A stretch of 64,000 nucleotides of DNA from Eledone cirrhosa (GCA_964016885.1 OZ024742.1:140120001-140184000); one strand, 5' to 3'; shown: positions 13,192-27,957, numbered from the stretch's first letter. The notes: generated by a model not told the origin, from the sequence alone. Program-made: numbers and translations.

Positions 13192-14465
13192 AGTCTAAGA
13201 CTAAAGTTCTAGTATGTAGAAAGGAAAATAGGGTACAGGTGCCCTCTGGGAAATGGCCATGCTCAGTGTGTAGGAAAGGAGTAGGTAGATATTCCATTCT
13301 ATGTCTCAAATGCAAACTATGGGTGCATAAAAGATGTAGTGGGATCACAGGCAAGCTATCTAAGAATGTAAATTTTAAATGTGGCCGATGCTCAGGTGCA
13401 GTAATGCAGTAAGTAGCAAGTGCCCACTGGATACTAGCTCCTTCTACTGCCCAGATAGTTCTATAGAAATAGTAGACACTTTCCGGTACCTGGGTGACAA
13501 AATCAGCAGTGGACGAGGGTTCTCTGAAAGTACAGTAGCCAGAGTTAGAACGGCACAGAAAAAGTTCAGAGAGCTAATACCGCTGTTGGCCACAAAAGGT
13601 GTCTCTCTAAAAATGAAAGGCAGATTGTATGATGTTTGTATACGAATAGCAATGTTACATGGCAGTGAGACATGGGCATTGTGTGCAGAGGATCTGCGCA
13701 GATTGAAAAGGAACGAAGCATGCATGCTCTGTTGGATGTGTAATAGTTTGTTTATGTTTTGTTGTTTGTGTATATTACTAAGTGAGAAATTTGGAATAAG
13801 AGGGATCAGACGCAGTTTATTTGAAAGATTACATTGGTATGGTCATGTGATGCACATGAAAGACGATAGCTGTATAAAAAAGTGTAGGGCGATCAAAAAT
13901 GTTGGAAGCTAAGGAGTAGGTAGGCCCAGAAAAACCTGGGATGGGATGACATGATAAATTCTGACCTTGTATACTTGCAGCTCTCTAAGACAATATCACT
14001 GGATCGAGACCTTTGGCGCTACACAGTAATACAGAAGACCCTCCTTCCCTTATGCACAAAATTAAACCTACAGTCAGTAGGCACCTCTTAACCAAATATA
14101 AACCCCAACCCACTACCCCTACTCCATCCTCCCACTTCCACCCACACCACCCTTTCTCTGTAAAGTTATGTTGGTACCACAGAACATCCAGTCCACACTA
14201 ATGTGGTTGTGTAGGTGTCACGACAAAAAGCACCCAGTCCACGCTGTAAAGTGGTCGTGTAGGAGACACGGTAAAAAGGCTCCCAGTATACACTGTAAAT
14301 GTGGTTGGTGTTAGGAAGGGCATCTAACTATAGAAACCCTGCTAGATACAGTCATATACAAGCGAGACACAGTCACCTGACCAATCTTGCCTGAAGTGGG
14401 ACAATTCCCATCTATCCGATGCTAGCGTGGAAGATAAGATAGATGTTAAACAATGATGATGACAC
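13192..14465 (+). mobile_element. RTE LINE 3' portion with UTR and (GAT)n tail
   Basis: ORF 13379..13912 reads IEIVDTFRYLGD..LYDVCIRIAMLHGSETWAL..LHWYGHVMHM, followed by GRPRKTW. Confidence 0.92.
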
Positions 14466-14963
14466 ACACACACATATATAAGTCCACATCAATTTTCTTT
14501 TGTTTGCAGGAATATGACACATTTATACATACATAATTATATACTCACATGCAAATACATACATTCATGTATTAGTGCCTATGAATTCAAAGTGGTGTAA
14601 AATACAAAGCAGTGAAAACATACAATACCATTAAGTAGAGTAGAATCACATTTATCCAAGCCTGAGTCTGCTTGAGTTGCTACTCAGTTTTCTTGTCTCT
14701 TCTGTGGGTGTATATATACATAATCATTGTTTTTCGTCTACTTTTCCATGTTGACATGTTTTGGACAGGGTGTTTTGAGAATGTTTTACTGCCAGATGCT
14801 CTTCCTAATACCAACTCTTTTAGTGGCCTTCTATGACACACAGGGATACTGTATCTATTCTAAAAACTGGGATATACATGGCATGCGCACACACACATAC
14901 ATATGTTAGACACATCTGTGTGTGTACATAGATGTGTATATATACACAGAACCGTAATATATA

Positions 14964-15336
14964 TGGCTTAGTGGTTAGAGCATTGGGCTTGGAATCGAAA
15001 GGTTGTGAGTTCAATTCTCAGACCGGGTGATGTGTTGTTTCCTTGAGCAAGACACTTTATTTCACATTGCTTCAGTTTACTCAGCTGTAGAAATGAGATG
15101 ATTGGACTGGGGTCCCTATCATTCCACTACAAAGTGCTCGTGGAGGTGCCACGGCAAAAAAGCACACAGGCCACACTGTAAAGTGGACATGTAGGTGCCA
15201 CGGAAAAAAAAGCACCCAGCACTCACTGTAAATGAGGTTGGTGTTAGGAAGGACATCCAGCTGTAGAAATCAAGCCAGAATCAGTTCCCGTCCCACCCTT
15301 GTAAACAGGGAAAAGCAGACGTAAAATGATGATGAT
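14964..15336 (+). mobile_element. SINE: tRNA-like head plus RTE-type 3' tail
   Basis: TGGCTTAGTGGTTAGAGC..GGTTGTGAGTTCAATTCTC head and GTGTTAGGAAGG..(GAT)n tail. A related copy lies at 34095-34427 (-). Confidence 0.8.
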
Positions 15337-16063
15337 ATATATATACCACATTCAAAGTTATGGATGTCATGATTGAGATAATCTCGAACATGTGTCCTGT
15401 CCCCCAAAATCAGCTCACAGAAAATATTCAAAGAATAAATCTGAGCAATTAATCATTATAAAATAGTGAATGACATATATATGCACATAAATATCCAATG
15501 ATATAAATGTATGAGACATATCAAACTTTAACGAGACAATCTGTATAGAATGTAAGAATACATAGTACATTAGAGTATCATTAAAATTTAACAAAAATTT
15601 AAAGCATAGATACCTGATAAAAATCATATATATTTCCCTCATATGTATCTTTCACAAAACATGAATATATTTCACCAAATATCGGTGAAGTTAGATTTTG
15701 GATCATCAGTGAAGGAATCGATCTATCTAAACTTACACCCGTTAATATACAGAACTGATGGCGACGAGAAAAGCATATGGAATTATATTAAAAAAAACCA
15801 ATGCACGCAGTCAATGCCTGCAATGGCATGATAGGGTTCAGGCCAACTAGAAATAGCAGTCCAGTCTTTCATCATATTAAACAGCTCAAACATATAGGAG
15901 CATAAATGTATTATCATATATATTACATTCAAAGTTATATATATATTATTAAAATAACAGATTAAAGTTTAAGCAAAGAATCGCTGCTTTCACCCTTATC
16001 GAGCCCTCTTTGGATTTTAGTCTTCAATTTTATTATTATTACTATATATATATATATATATAT

Positions 16064-17800
16064 ATCATCATTGTTTAACATCTATCTTCCACGCTAACAT
16101 GGGTTTAGATGGGAATTGTCCTACTTGAGGCAAGATTGGTCGGGTGACCAAGTCTCGCTCGTATGGCAGGTTTTCTAGGGCTGGATGCCCTTCCTAACAC
16201 CAACCTCGTTTACAGTGTGGACTGGGAGGTTCTTACCGTGTTACCTACACGGCCACATTACAGCGTGGACTGTTTTTTTTTTGTCGTGACACCTCCACAA
16301 CCTCATTTATTTTGAACTGGATGTTGTGGTACCAACATAACTTAACGGAGAAAGGGTGGTGTTGGTAGGGGAGTAGGGGTAGTGGGATGGGGTATATATT
16401 TGGTTAAGAGGTGCCTACTGACTTTAGGCTTCCCTTTGTACATAGGCAAGGCGAGTCTTCTGTATTACTGTGTAACACCAAAGATCTCGGTCCAGTGACA
16501 TTGTCTTAGAGAGGTGTAAGTGTGTAAGGTCGGAATTTATCATATCGTCCCAGGTTTTTCTGGGTCGACCTACTCTGTAACTTCCATCAATTTTGATCGC
16601 CCTGCACTTTTTTATACAGCTGTCGTCTTTCATGCGCATCACGTGACCATACCAACTAGTCTTCTCTCGAGTAAACAGCATCTGATCCCTCTTATTCCTA
16701 ATTTCTCACTTAGTTCATTTATGCTTTGCCGTTCGCGTATATTACTATTACACATCCAACGGGAGAAGGACGCTTCGTTCCTCTCCAGTCTGCATAAGCT
16801 CTCTGAACTTTTTCCATCCCATTCTGACTCTGGCTACTGTACTTTCAGAGCACCCTCCACTACTGCTGATTTTGTCACACAGGTAACGGAAGGTGTCCAC
16901 TATTTCTATAGAACCATCTGGGCTATAGAAGGAGCTAATATCCTGTGGGCACTTGCTACTTATTGAACCTGAGCGTCGGCCACATATAAAATCTACGTTC
17001 TTAGATAGCTGACCTGTGATCCCACTACATCTTTTATGTACCCATAGTCTGCATTTGGGACATAATATGGAATTTCTGCCTACTCCTTTCCTACACACTG
17101 AGCATGGCCATTTCCCTGAGGGCACCTGTGCCCTATTTTCCTTTCTACATACTAGAACTTTAGTCTTAGACAAGTTAACTTTAAGGCCTTTTGATTCTAG
17201 GCCATGTTTCCATGTTTGGAATTTCTTCTCTAGTTCAGCCATCGATTCAGCTATGAGAGTTAGATCATCTGTGTATAGAAGTTCCCATGGGCAGCCGGTC
17301 TTGAACTCCTCTGTTATAGCCTGAAGGGCAATAATAAATAGGAGGAGGCAGAGCCCTGATGAACACCGACTTTTACGCTAAATTCTTCACTATATTCGTT
17401 GTTAATTCTAACCTTGCTGACTGTTTCTTTATACATGGCTTGTATAGCTCTCACAAGCCATTCATCAACACCTAGTTTTCTAAGAGCCCACCAGAGAATG
17501 GAGCGGGGGAATCTGTCAAAGGCTTTCTCCAAGTCAACAAAAGCTAAGTAGAGGGGTTTACTTTTAGCTAGGTACTTCTCCTGTAGTTGTCATACAAGGA
17601 AAAGAGCGTCCGTGGTACTTTTAGCTGACACAAACCCAAACTCCATTTCATCTAGATCAATTCGCTCTCTGATTAGTTGCGCTATAACTCTTTCTGTGAC
17701 CTTCATGACCTGGTCAACCAATTTAATGCCTCTATAGTTTCCCCTATCTAGGGCATCTCCTTTACCCTTGTAGCAGTTAATGATGCTGCTGCTACGCCAA
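16064..17800 (-). mobile_element. RTE LINE, 5'-truncated pseudogene with internal PHD-like Cys cluster
   Basis: ORF pieces EKAFDRFPR..GVHQGS, WPCSVCRKGVGRNSILCPKCRLWVHKRC, and WYGHVMRM..GRPRKTW, with a (GAT)n tail. Confidence 0.93.
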
Positions 17801-18018
17801 TATATATATTAATAGAGAGAAGAACCAAGTTATACTTAAAATATATCTTTATTCTACATCTATATTGGAAAACCCCAATGTTACCATTATATTTTTTGTG
17901 TCTATCCTTTGTAATGCTGTCTCTATTTTTTGAACTTCTTTTCCATATAAAGCATGAAACTAAGATTTTTTGTATCTGTTTTGTTGTTTCCTTGAACTAT
18001 ATATATGTATATTATAAA

Positions 18019-18090
18019 GAGTCAGGATGCCGACTGAGTTTGGAACTAGCTGTTGAAACGGAAATAACTCAACCGTAAGGGTCCTAACTC
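18019..18090 (+). ncRNA. Degenerate type I hammerhead ribozyme
   Basis: Stem I GAGTCAGGAT/GTCCTAACTC and GAAA-CGG-loop-CCG-TA are present. The 5' core reads CCGACTGA instead of CTGANGA. Confidence 0.45.
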
Positions 18091-18692
18091 TTTATAATAT
18101 TACCGTACTTTACTACCCCAAGTATTGAGTACTCTGTTGAGTAATGGTCTAGCCAGTTTCAAACTGAATTCATCCTGATTTATATATATATTATATGTAT
18201 GTATGTATGTATATGAAAGAGTCAGGACACCAATGGCTGAACTCTTGCCATTTCAACAGCTCGGCTAGAATTGTTGAAACGGCAAGAGCTCAGCCGTTGG
18301 GGTCCTGACTCTTTTATATAACCATACTCTACTACCCCAAGTATTGAGTACTCTGGTGAGTAATGGTCTAACCAGTTTCTTACTGATTCCATTTTCATTT
18401 TTTTTATTTATATATATTAAGCGCCGAAACATCTATGATCTGCGGTTTACAGCTGATGAAGGCTTTCTTCTCTTGTTTCGTCCACACTACCATTTTAAAC
18501 TTTGTTTACAGTAACCACACAGCTCATTTCGTTTCTTATATATATATATATGAGAAAAACCACAGACCCTCCATCTCAACTCTACTTTTGAAAAGCAGAA
18601 GAACTGTGAAGCCGGTAAAGGAACCAAATAAATATATATATTTAAAAAAAAATAAGACTCCAGTTGCATTTTCGATTCCATCTTTTTTTCTT

Positions 18693-18733
<41 letters not shown>

Positions 18734-18893
18734 GTGTGTGTGTGTATATATAAAAATAAAGTTCTAATTTTATTTCTAATATTCGGCAAGGCCAGCCGTA
18801 ACTCGCTCAGTATGCAAATGAGGCTACTCAGCCGATGTGTACTTAAGAAAATACTATATATTTTCAACTGTTCCAACAGAGTGGCAGAGGTAT

Positions 18894-18936
18894 ACAGTCC
18901 TGATGAAGGGTAATGACCCAGAAACATGTTGATTGT
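18894..18936 (+). ncRNA. Minimal type I hammerhead ribozyme
   Basis: ACAGTC CTGATGA aGGGT aatg ACCCa GAAA CATG TT GATTGT. Stem I 6 bp, palindromic stem III AACATGTT, GUU cleavage triplet. Confidence 0.8.
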
Positions 18937-20931
18937 TCCTCAAAGCCAGTGTTGAACAAACAGGTGACGATTGGTCACTGGCACAGAACAGCTTCAAATC
19001 GGCCCGTTTGTTTACAAACGAATCGAACATTGGCAGTATATGGTAGAGCGTTAGACACCATGCTTTGCGGCATAGTTATGGCCATTTACGTTCTGAGTTC
19101 AAATTCCGCCGAAGTTAACTTTGCCTTTCATCCTTACAGGGGCGATAAAATAAAGCACCAGTAATGCACTGGGGTAATTGCTGGTCTTGTGCCAAAAGTA
19201 GAATAAATTATTATTAGTGTTTGATATAACCCATACGTACCTATATATGTGTGTGTGTGTACGTCCGCATATTTACACACACACACGCACACGCGCACAC
19301 ATCTCTTCTATTTTTCCACCTGTAATTACATACACATTGAGCTTAGTATAAAACTTTTTAGCTATTATCGCATATACTTTCCTCTGTGGTTCTATATATG
19401 TGTATGTGAATAATTATATATATATAAATTGTGTGTCTACATACACATAGTTATATTTATCTTTGCTATATATATGTGTGTGTGTCACTACTTATGCATA
19501 TTTCTCCCGTTTGTACAACCAAGCATTAACACAGAAACCGTTTCGGCTACGACGGGCACAGTTTATATAAGGCTGCATTGTGTGCTTCTCTTTTTTAAGG
19601 CCGTACATTTTTTATGTATATAAAAAGGGTTTGATTGTTGGATTGGAGTTGGAATGACCGTTTTGTGGTCGACTCGTGATTTACAATGTGTATATACTTG
19701 TATGCGCGCGCGCGTTCATTGGTGTGTATATTTGTGAGATTGTTTTTATGTGATTGTCTTCGTTTGTTTGTGTTTTGTTATGCGTTTGTATTTATGTTTC
19801 TTTCTGTGTATGTGTGTTGTTTAAATATACTCACACATAATCGCATTCACACACTTATATGGATCAACCTATTCATTTTCCACAAACAATGCACACGCTC
19901 ACACTAGTATAAAATAGACAATCAACAAGTATAACTTTCATATAATGATTTTATGTTTTTAATATCTATGTAAATTTTATGTTGACATTTTTTTCCAAAC
20001 GGTTGTTAGATTACACTGTGTTTGCTAATGTAGTAGAACAGGACAATCTCATTTGATATGAGGATTTGGCTTGTCTTCTGCTACTATTTTCTGACTATAC
20101 AATATTACAATGATATTACAATGTATTACTGAAAGAGGCGGAGATTAAATTGTTTAATTATGCAATTTATATTTTAAGGATTGTAAATTTACTAATTTTT
20201 TCCTTCTGTAATTCGGTAGAAATTTCTTTCAATAAAATTGAAAGTTAGATCATATTTCTTTCTTTTTCCGCATTTTCTGTTGCTATATTTGTTAATAACA
20301 CTACATCACCTCGCTCAACTACAAATGTTTTCCCCACTTGTTGGTGGTGGAAACAAGTCCCTCCCACCCATCACTGTCCTAAATTTCATGTTTTCTCTCT
20401 ATCCTGCTTCTATCTGTCACTATATTTTCATTGATTTATTTATCGCATTCTTGAAAAGTGTTCGTTCCAAGCATCCTCTCTCTTTCACCCCTCCCCTTTT
20501 ACACCAGACCAGAATCTCTGTTTGGTCACAGTATATCTTAATTTATTTTCGCCGATCACCCACACCCCTTCTCTACCTATCGTTTTTTTTAGACCACCGA
20601 GGCATGTGCTGAAAACTGCTCAAAGCCAAAGATCGACTGAGCCTCTCTCAAGTATTTTCAAACACCTCTCTGTGTACATAATTTTTCTGTGTTTTTTTTT
20701 TTAAAGCACCATCACCAAGTAGTAAGCAAGTGTATGCCAGCCACCACCGTGCATTGCTTAATCAGATCAAGTAGTATCGAGTATATAACTTTAAACAACT
20801 GACTGCCGCCGCTATCAAACAACTAAGTTACGTCCATCAACCTCACTAAACATAACTGCGTTGTCTCTTCATGCCGATTGTTGCATAGTCTAGTCTCTTT
20901 GCCTTTTAGTTAAACGGTGTATTTCTCAAAA

Positions 20932-21009
20932 ATGTTACCTATGGATGCTTCAAATCTTCCAGCTATGGTGCAGAAACCTGCTACACTTCTGGGAAATAAG
21001 CTTTTTCAG
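20932..21009 (+). CDS. Candidate first coding exon of an unidentified host gene ([26 protein letters not shown])
   Basis: ATG-initiated 26 open codons ending CAG|GTATTT (phase 0 donor), in apparently non-repetitive sequence with CpGs upstream. No homology recognised. Confidence 0.45.
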
Positions 21010-21059
21010 GTATTTGATTTTGAACAACTATATATATATATAAATATATATATATATAA

Positions 21060-21124
<65 letters not shown>

Positions 21125-23394
21125 CATATGTGTATGTTTGTATGTATATGTGTTTAATCTTTTTTCACTTGTGGATTTTTCTGTTGTGATGATTAATATT
21201 CATTGAGAAATTCTTCAAAAGCTTAGTTGTCATTCATTCAATCATTTTCCTCTCCCCTTCACTATTCCTCCTTCCACCTCATAATTTGCTTGTCATTTAG
21301 AATTTTTTTTCAGCATCTCTCATTTTGTACACACGTACACACACACACGTTATCTCTTTTCACTCACTCTGTCACACACTATTCTCCCTTTCTTTGTTTT
21401 TCTCATATTTCCTTTCCCTTTCTTGTATTTCCATCTCTCTCTTTCTCTCTCGTAACTACATCTTCTTTCTTTCTGTCTTTATCTACCTCCCCTTTTTCGG
21501 TCGGTTTTTCTCCACCTTTCGCTTTCTCGTTGTATCCCCCCCCCCCACACCTCTCTCGTGCGGATAATACAAAAGCATCATCAGTCATCTCATTGACAAG
21601 TTTTTATTCTTTCCTTAATGTTTTGAAATTTATTGATTTGAATACCTTTGTAAGGGAGGAGACATTACAATTGAGAGACCTACTGTAAATTCAATAGCCT
21701 TTTTTTCAATATAGAAAAAATTAATTATGCTTAAATTATGTTTCATAAAAACTGATAACGATTGCTTTAGAATTAATTAATACATAATCCATTGTTTTAC
21801 AGAAGAAATAAAGTAATATTCAGTTTCTTCACGAAACTTTAACAAAGCTGTTTGTGTTATATATATATACTTAGAAAACATTGGTAAAATTTGAAATGTG
21901 TGTGATTCAACTCAACCATAATAATAATCGATCACTATAAATAGTTGAGAAAATCAAAACAGCATTTGTACTTCACCCGATTTTTTAAACTATTATTTAT
22001 GGTCACTTGCGTTTGGACGCCCCCCCTCCCCCCCTCCCCACGCGAAGTTAAGGGTTGAAGCAGATGCTTAAGTAGGACTTTTCCTAAGATCTGCTGCCCA
22101 GCTCTCCTGAAATTTCCTTACCACTGAGATAAAGAGCATCATTAGCTAGAAATTCTGATTTCTGGTATGAATGAAAGCATTCCCCCTCTATATTTTTTGT
22201 CTTACATTTGTGTTCCATGAATTCTGTACATAATTTTTGGAACGTTTTTCACAGATCATAGCATTCGTATGTAATAGAGAGGAAAAAAAGTTATTACACA
22301 AATGAGTTCACTAACGTAATGTCATTAAACTTCTTTCTTAAACAAAACAGTTTAAGCTTGCTTCCTTGATATTTCTATTATAATTCATTTTTTAAATTGT
22401 GAAAGTTATTGTTGAAGCTTTTGTTGTAAGAGAAGGTATAGATGTTTCGAGAAAGATTTAAGGTATTTGTATTGAAAAATTATTTGAATTGCACACTGTT
22501 TCATTTATTTGTGAAATATATCTATCGGTATGTATAGACTCTACAGGTGTGTGTAGATGTATGTATTTAAATTTGTTTGTATATGTGCACAAACACACAC
22601 AGACATATATGCACACACGATCTCAAAATCACACATATACACATTCACTTAATTTCACACTGACTGTTGCACACAAACACCATCACGCACACGTATACGC
22701 GTGTTTATTCTATAAATAGCAATTTCGTTAGCAGAAAATATGAATAGAAAAATGGTAAATGATTATATATATATATATATATATATATATAATGAACAAT
22801 CATTTTCTTTACATAAGGTTACAGTTGTATTATCGTTGATTGATTTATGATTCCATTGTGTGGCGGGGTTTAACCCATTTATACCATATTTATAAAAAAA
22901 AAATGCCTATAATGTTCATTTTCAAAATAATCAAGAATTTAAAAGGATTTAGTAATATACCTTTATCATTATTAATCTGCTGTTTGGAACATACCTTAAC
23001 AGAGGTTACATAAAACTATGATGGAAGGATTTTTGGATAAATATAGACTTTAAGATAAACAGTTTTGTATCAGGTGGTTTGGTATCAAGAGTTAATTTAT
23101 GAGATGATTGTTGTTAAAGAAGCTATTAAAATGTTTCATGTGACTGTCATGAATAATTCGTATGTGGCAGTAGCTAGCTGGTCTGGGTTCAATTCCAACT
23201 GGCACTTCTAAATTTTAGCATTTTCTTATACAGTGTGTGTTCTGTTATTAATGCTGGCAATATTATTACACAAATATGACCCTCCCCAAGTAAAACAATA
23301 TTTGTTTCGACACACTATTTCATATTATAAACCTCGCAAAACTAATATATATATATATAAATATATATATAAATATATAAATATATATAGATAA

Positions 23395-23439
<45 letters not shown>

Positions 23440-23441
23440 TA

Positions 23442-23483
<42 letters not shown>

Positions 23484-23604
23484 TATATTTATATATATAT
23501 ATATATTTATATATATATAAATATATATTTATACATGTATATATATTATATATATATTTATATATATATATTATATATATATTTATATATATTATATATA
23601 TATT

Positions 23605-23638
<34 letters not shown>

Positions 23639-23726
23639 ATATATATATATATATTATATATATATTTATATATATATATATATATATATAAATATATATT
23701 TATATATATATATATATATAAATATA

Positions 23727-23764
<38 letters not shown>

Positions 23765-23777
23765 TATATTTATATAT

Positions 23778-23843
<66 letters not shown>

Positions 23844-23982
23844 TATATATATTATATATATATATAAATATATATATAAATATATATTTATATATATATA
23901 TATATTATATATATATTTATATATATATATAAATATATATATAAATATATATTTATATATATATATATATTATATATATATT

Positions 23983-24051
<69 letters not shown>

Positions 24052-24209
24052 ATTTATATATATATATATATATATATTATATATTTATATTTATATATAT
24101 ATATATATTATATATATATTTATATATATATTATATATATATTTATATATATATATATATATATATTATATATTTATATTTATATATATATATATATTAT
24201 ATATATATT

Positions 24210-24282
<73 letters not shown>

Positions 24283-24311
24283 ATATATTTATATATATAT
24301 ATATATTATAT

Positions 24312-24524
24312 ACAATATTAAATAAATGGAAACTATATTTATAAAACCATATTTATTTCATTATATATATTTCAGGGATGACATATAATGAAATAAATAT
24401 GGTTTTATAAATATAGTTTCCATTTATTTAATATTGTAAATATATCCAAATATTTGTCGAGTGCTTTTATATCAGTTATAAATATTTACTAGTTGTAACC
24501 CAACAATTTAAATATAACTTTCCA
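24312..24524. mobile_element. Fold-back of the 3' terminus of the PLE family seen at 44763-48005
   Basis: 24312-~24370 is the inverse of ~24382-24438. The sequence matches 44763-44920. Confidence 0.8.
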
Positions 24525-24545
24525 TATATATATTATATATATATT

Positions 24546-24581
<36 letters not shown>

Positions 24582-25031
24582 ATATATATATATATATTAT
24601 ATATATATTTATATATATAAATATATATTTATATATATATATATATTATATATATATTTATATAAATATATATAAATATATATTTATATATATATATATA
24701 TTATATATATATTTATATATAAATATATATTTATATATAAATATATATTTATATATATATATATATTATATATATATTTATATATAAATATATATTTATA
24801 TATATTTATATATAAATATATATTTATATATATTATATATATATAAATATATATTTATATATATATATATTTATATATAAATATCTATTTATATATAAAT
24901 ATATATTTATATATATTATATATATATAAATATATATTTATATATATTATATATATATAAATATATATTTATATATATTATATATATATAAATATATATT
25001 TATATATATATTATATATATAAATATATATT

Positions 25032-25065
<34 letters not shown>

Positions 25066-25080
25066 ATATATATAAATATA

Positions 25081-25124
<44 letters not shown>

Positions 25125-25361
25125 ATATATATAAATATATATTTATATATATATATATATATATATAAATATATATTTATATATATATATATATATAAAT
25201 ATATATTTATATATATATATATTATATATATATTTATATATATATATATAAATATATATTTATATATATATATATTTATATATATATATATATAAATATA
25301 TATTTATATATATATATACATATATATTTATATATTTATATATATATATAATATATATATT

Positions 25362-25422
<61 letters not shown>

Positions 25423-25931
25423 ATATATATTATATATATATTTATATATATTATATATATATTTATATATATAATATATATATTTATATATTTATATATA
25501 TATATTTATATATATAATATATATATTTATATATTTATATATATATTTATATATATATTATATATATATTATATATATATTTATATATATATATTATATA
25601 TATATTTATATATCTATATAAATATATATTTATATATTTATATATATTTATATATTTATATATATATATTATATATATATTTATATATCTATATAAATAT
25701 ATATATATATATTTATATATATATTTATATATATATTATATATTTATATATATATATAAATATATATTTATATCTATATAAATATATATATATATATTTA
25801 TATATATATTTATATATATATTATATATTTATATATATATATAAATATATATTTATATATATATATTTATATATATATATATTTATGTATATATATATTT
25901 ATATATATATATTTATATATATATATTTATA

Positions 25932-26192
25932 TATTAAGAGAGTAAAACAAAGAAGCCTTCAATACATCAAGTCTTTATTAGCCGACAATGTTTCGTCCTA
26001 TTAAGGACTCATCAGGGCAATTAAAACAACAAGAAGTAATATCGGCAGATACAAGCCGGAAGCTCCGAAGAATATGGAGTGTACATACACTAAAGTATTG
26101 CAAAAATATATAATAAAAATAATAAAAATATATAATAAAAATTACTAAGAATGTATATAACATTAAGAACCATATTACAAATATAGTCCATA
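25932..26192 (-). mobile_element. ~260-bp non-coding HHR-bearing unit (PLE pLTR/retrozyme-like), left copy
   Basis: Inverse of 27484-27745 with a few substitutions. Flanked by TA on both sides. Confidence 0.8.
25981..26018 (-). ncRNA. Minimal type I hammerhead ribozyme
   Basis: Reverse complement GCC CTGATGA GTCCT taat AGGAC GAAA C att G TC GGC, GUC triplet. Confidence 0.9.
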
Positions 26193-26193
26193 T

Positions 26194-26344
<151 letters not shown>

Positions 26345-26619
26345 AATATATATATAAATATATATATACATATATAAATATATATATATATATATAAATA
26401 TATATATATATATTTATATATAAATATATTTATATATAAATATATATATATATATATTTATATATAAATATATATATATAAATATATATATAATATATAT
26501 ATATATATAAATATATATATAATATATATATATATATAAATATATATATAATATATATATATATATAAATATATATATTATATATATATTTATATAAATA
26601 TATATATTATATATATATT

Positions 26620-26652
<33 letters not shown>

Positions 26653-26656
26653 ATAT

Positions 26657-26687
<31 letters not shown>

Positions 26688-26718
26688 TTATATATATATA
26701 TATATTATATATATATAT

Positions 26719-26753
<35 letters not shown>

Positions 26754-26771
26754 TTACATATATATATATAT

Positions 26772-26802
<31 letters not shown>

Positions 26803-26922
26803 TTATATATATATATATATTATATATATATATATTTATATATATATTTATATATATATATATATTATATATATATATAAAATATATATATATATATATT
26901 TATATATATATTTATATATATA

Positions 26923-26968
<46 letters not shown>

Positions 26969-27104
26969 TTATATATATATATATATTATATATATATATA
27001 AAATATATATATATATATATTTTATATATATATTTATATATATATATATAAATAAATATATATATATATATATTTTATATATATATTTATATATATATAT
27101 ATAT

Positions 27105-27137
<33 letters not shown>

Positions 27138-27171
27138 TTATATATATATATTTATATATATATATAAATAA

Positions 27172-27202
<31 letters not shown>

Positions 27203-27337
27203 ATAAATAAATATATATAAATATATATATATATAAATATATATTTATATATATATAAATATATATTTATATATATATATATATTTATATATATATTTAT
27301 ATATATTTATATATATATTATATATATATATAAATAA

Positions 27338-27370
<33 letters not shown>

Positions 27371-27427
27371 ATAAATAAATATATATAAATATATATATAT
27401 ATAAATATATATTTATATATATATATT

Positions 27428-27478
<51 letters not shown>

Positions 27479-27483
27479 ATATA

Positions 27484-27745
27484 TATGGACTATATTTGTA
27501 ATATGGTTCTTAATGTTATATACATCCTTAGTAATTTTTATTATATATTTTTATTATTTTTATTATATATTTTTGCAATACTTTAGTGTATGTACACTCC
27601 ATATTCTTCGGAGCTTCCGGCTTGTATCTGCCAATATTACTTCTTGTTGTTTTAATTGCCCTGATGAGTCTTTAATAGGACGAAACATTGTCGGCTAATA
27701 AAGACTTTTGATGTATTGAAGGCTTCTTTGTTTTACTCTCTTAAT
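27484..27745 (+). mobile_element. ~260-bp HHR-bearing unit, right copy
   Basis: Inverted partner of 25932-26192. Confidence 0.8.
27658..27695 (+). ncRNA. Minimal type I hammerhead ribozyme
   Basis: GCC CTGATGA GTCTT taat AGGAC GAAA CATTG TC GGC (one U-G wobble in stem II). Confidence 0.9.
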
Positions 27746-27922
27746 ATATAAATATATATATATAAATATATATATATAAATATATATATATATAAATATA
27801 TATATATACATAAATATATATATATAAATATATATAAATATATATATACATAAATATATATATATAAATATATATAATATATATATATAAATATATATAT
27901 ACATAAATATATATATATAAAT

Positions 27923-27957
<35 letters not shown>

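Noticed and set aside
14964-15040. tRNA gene
   Set aside because: A/B boxes are present but there is no full cloverleaf, and it continues into a SINE body
18424-18463. GCC GAAACATCTA .. CTGATGA AGGC, a possible permuted (type II) hammerhead
   Set aside because: Stem III has a C-C mismatch and stem I is not contiguous with the cleavage site. Too weak to call
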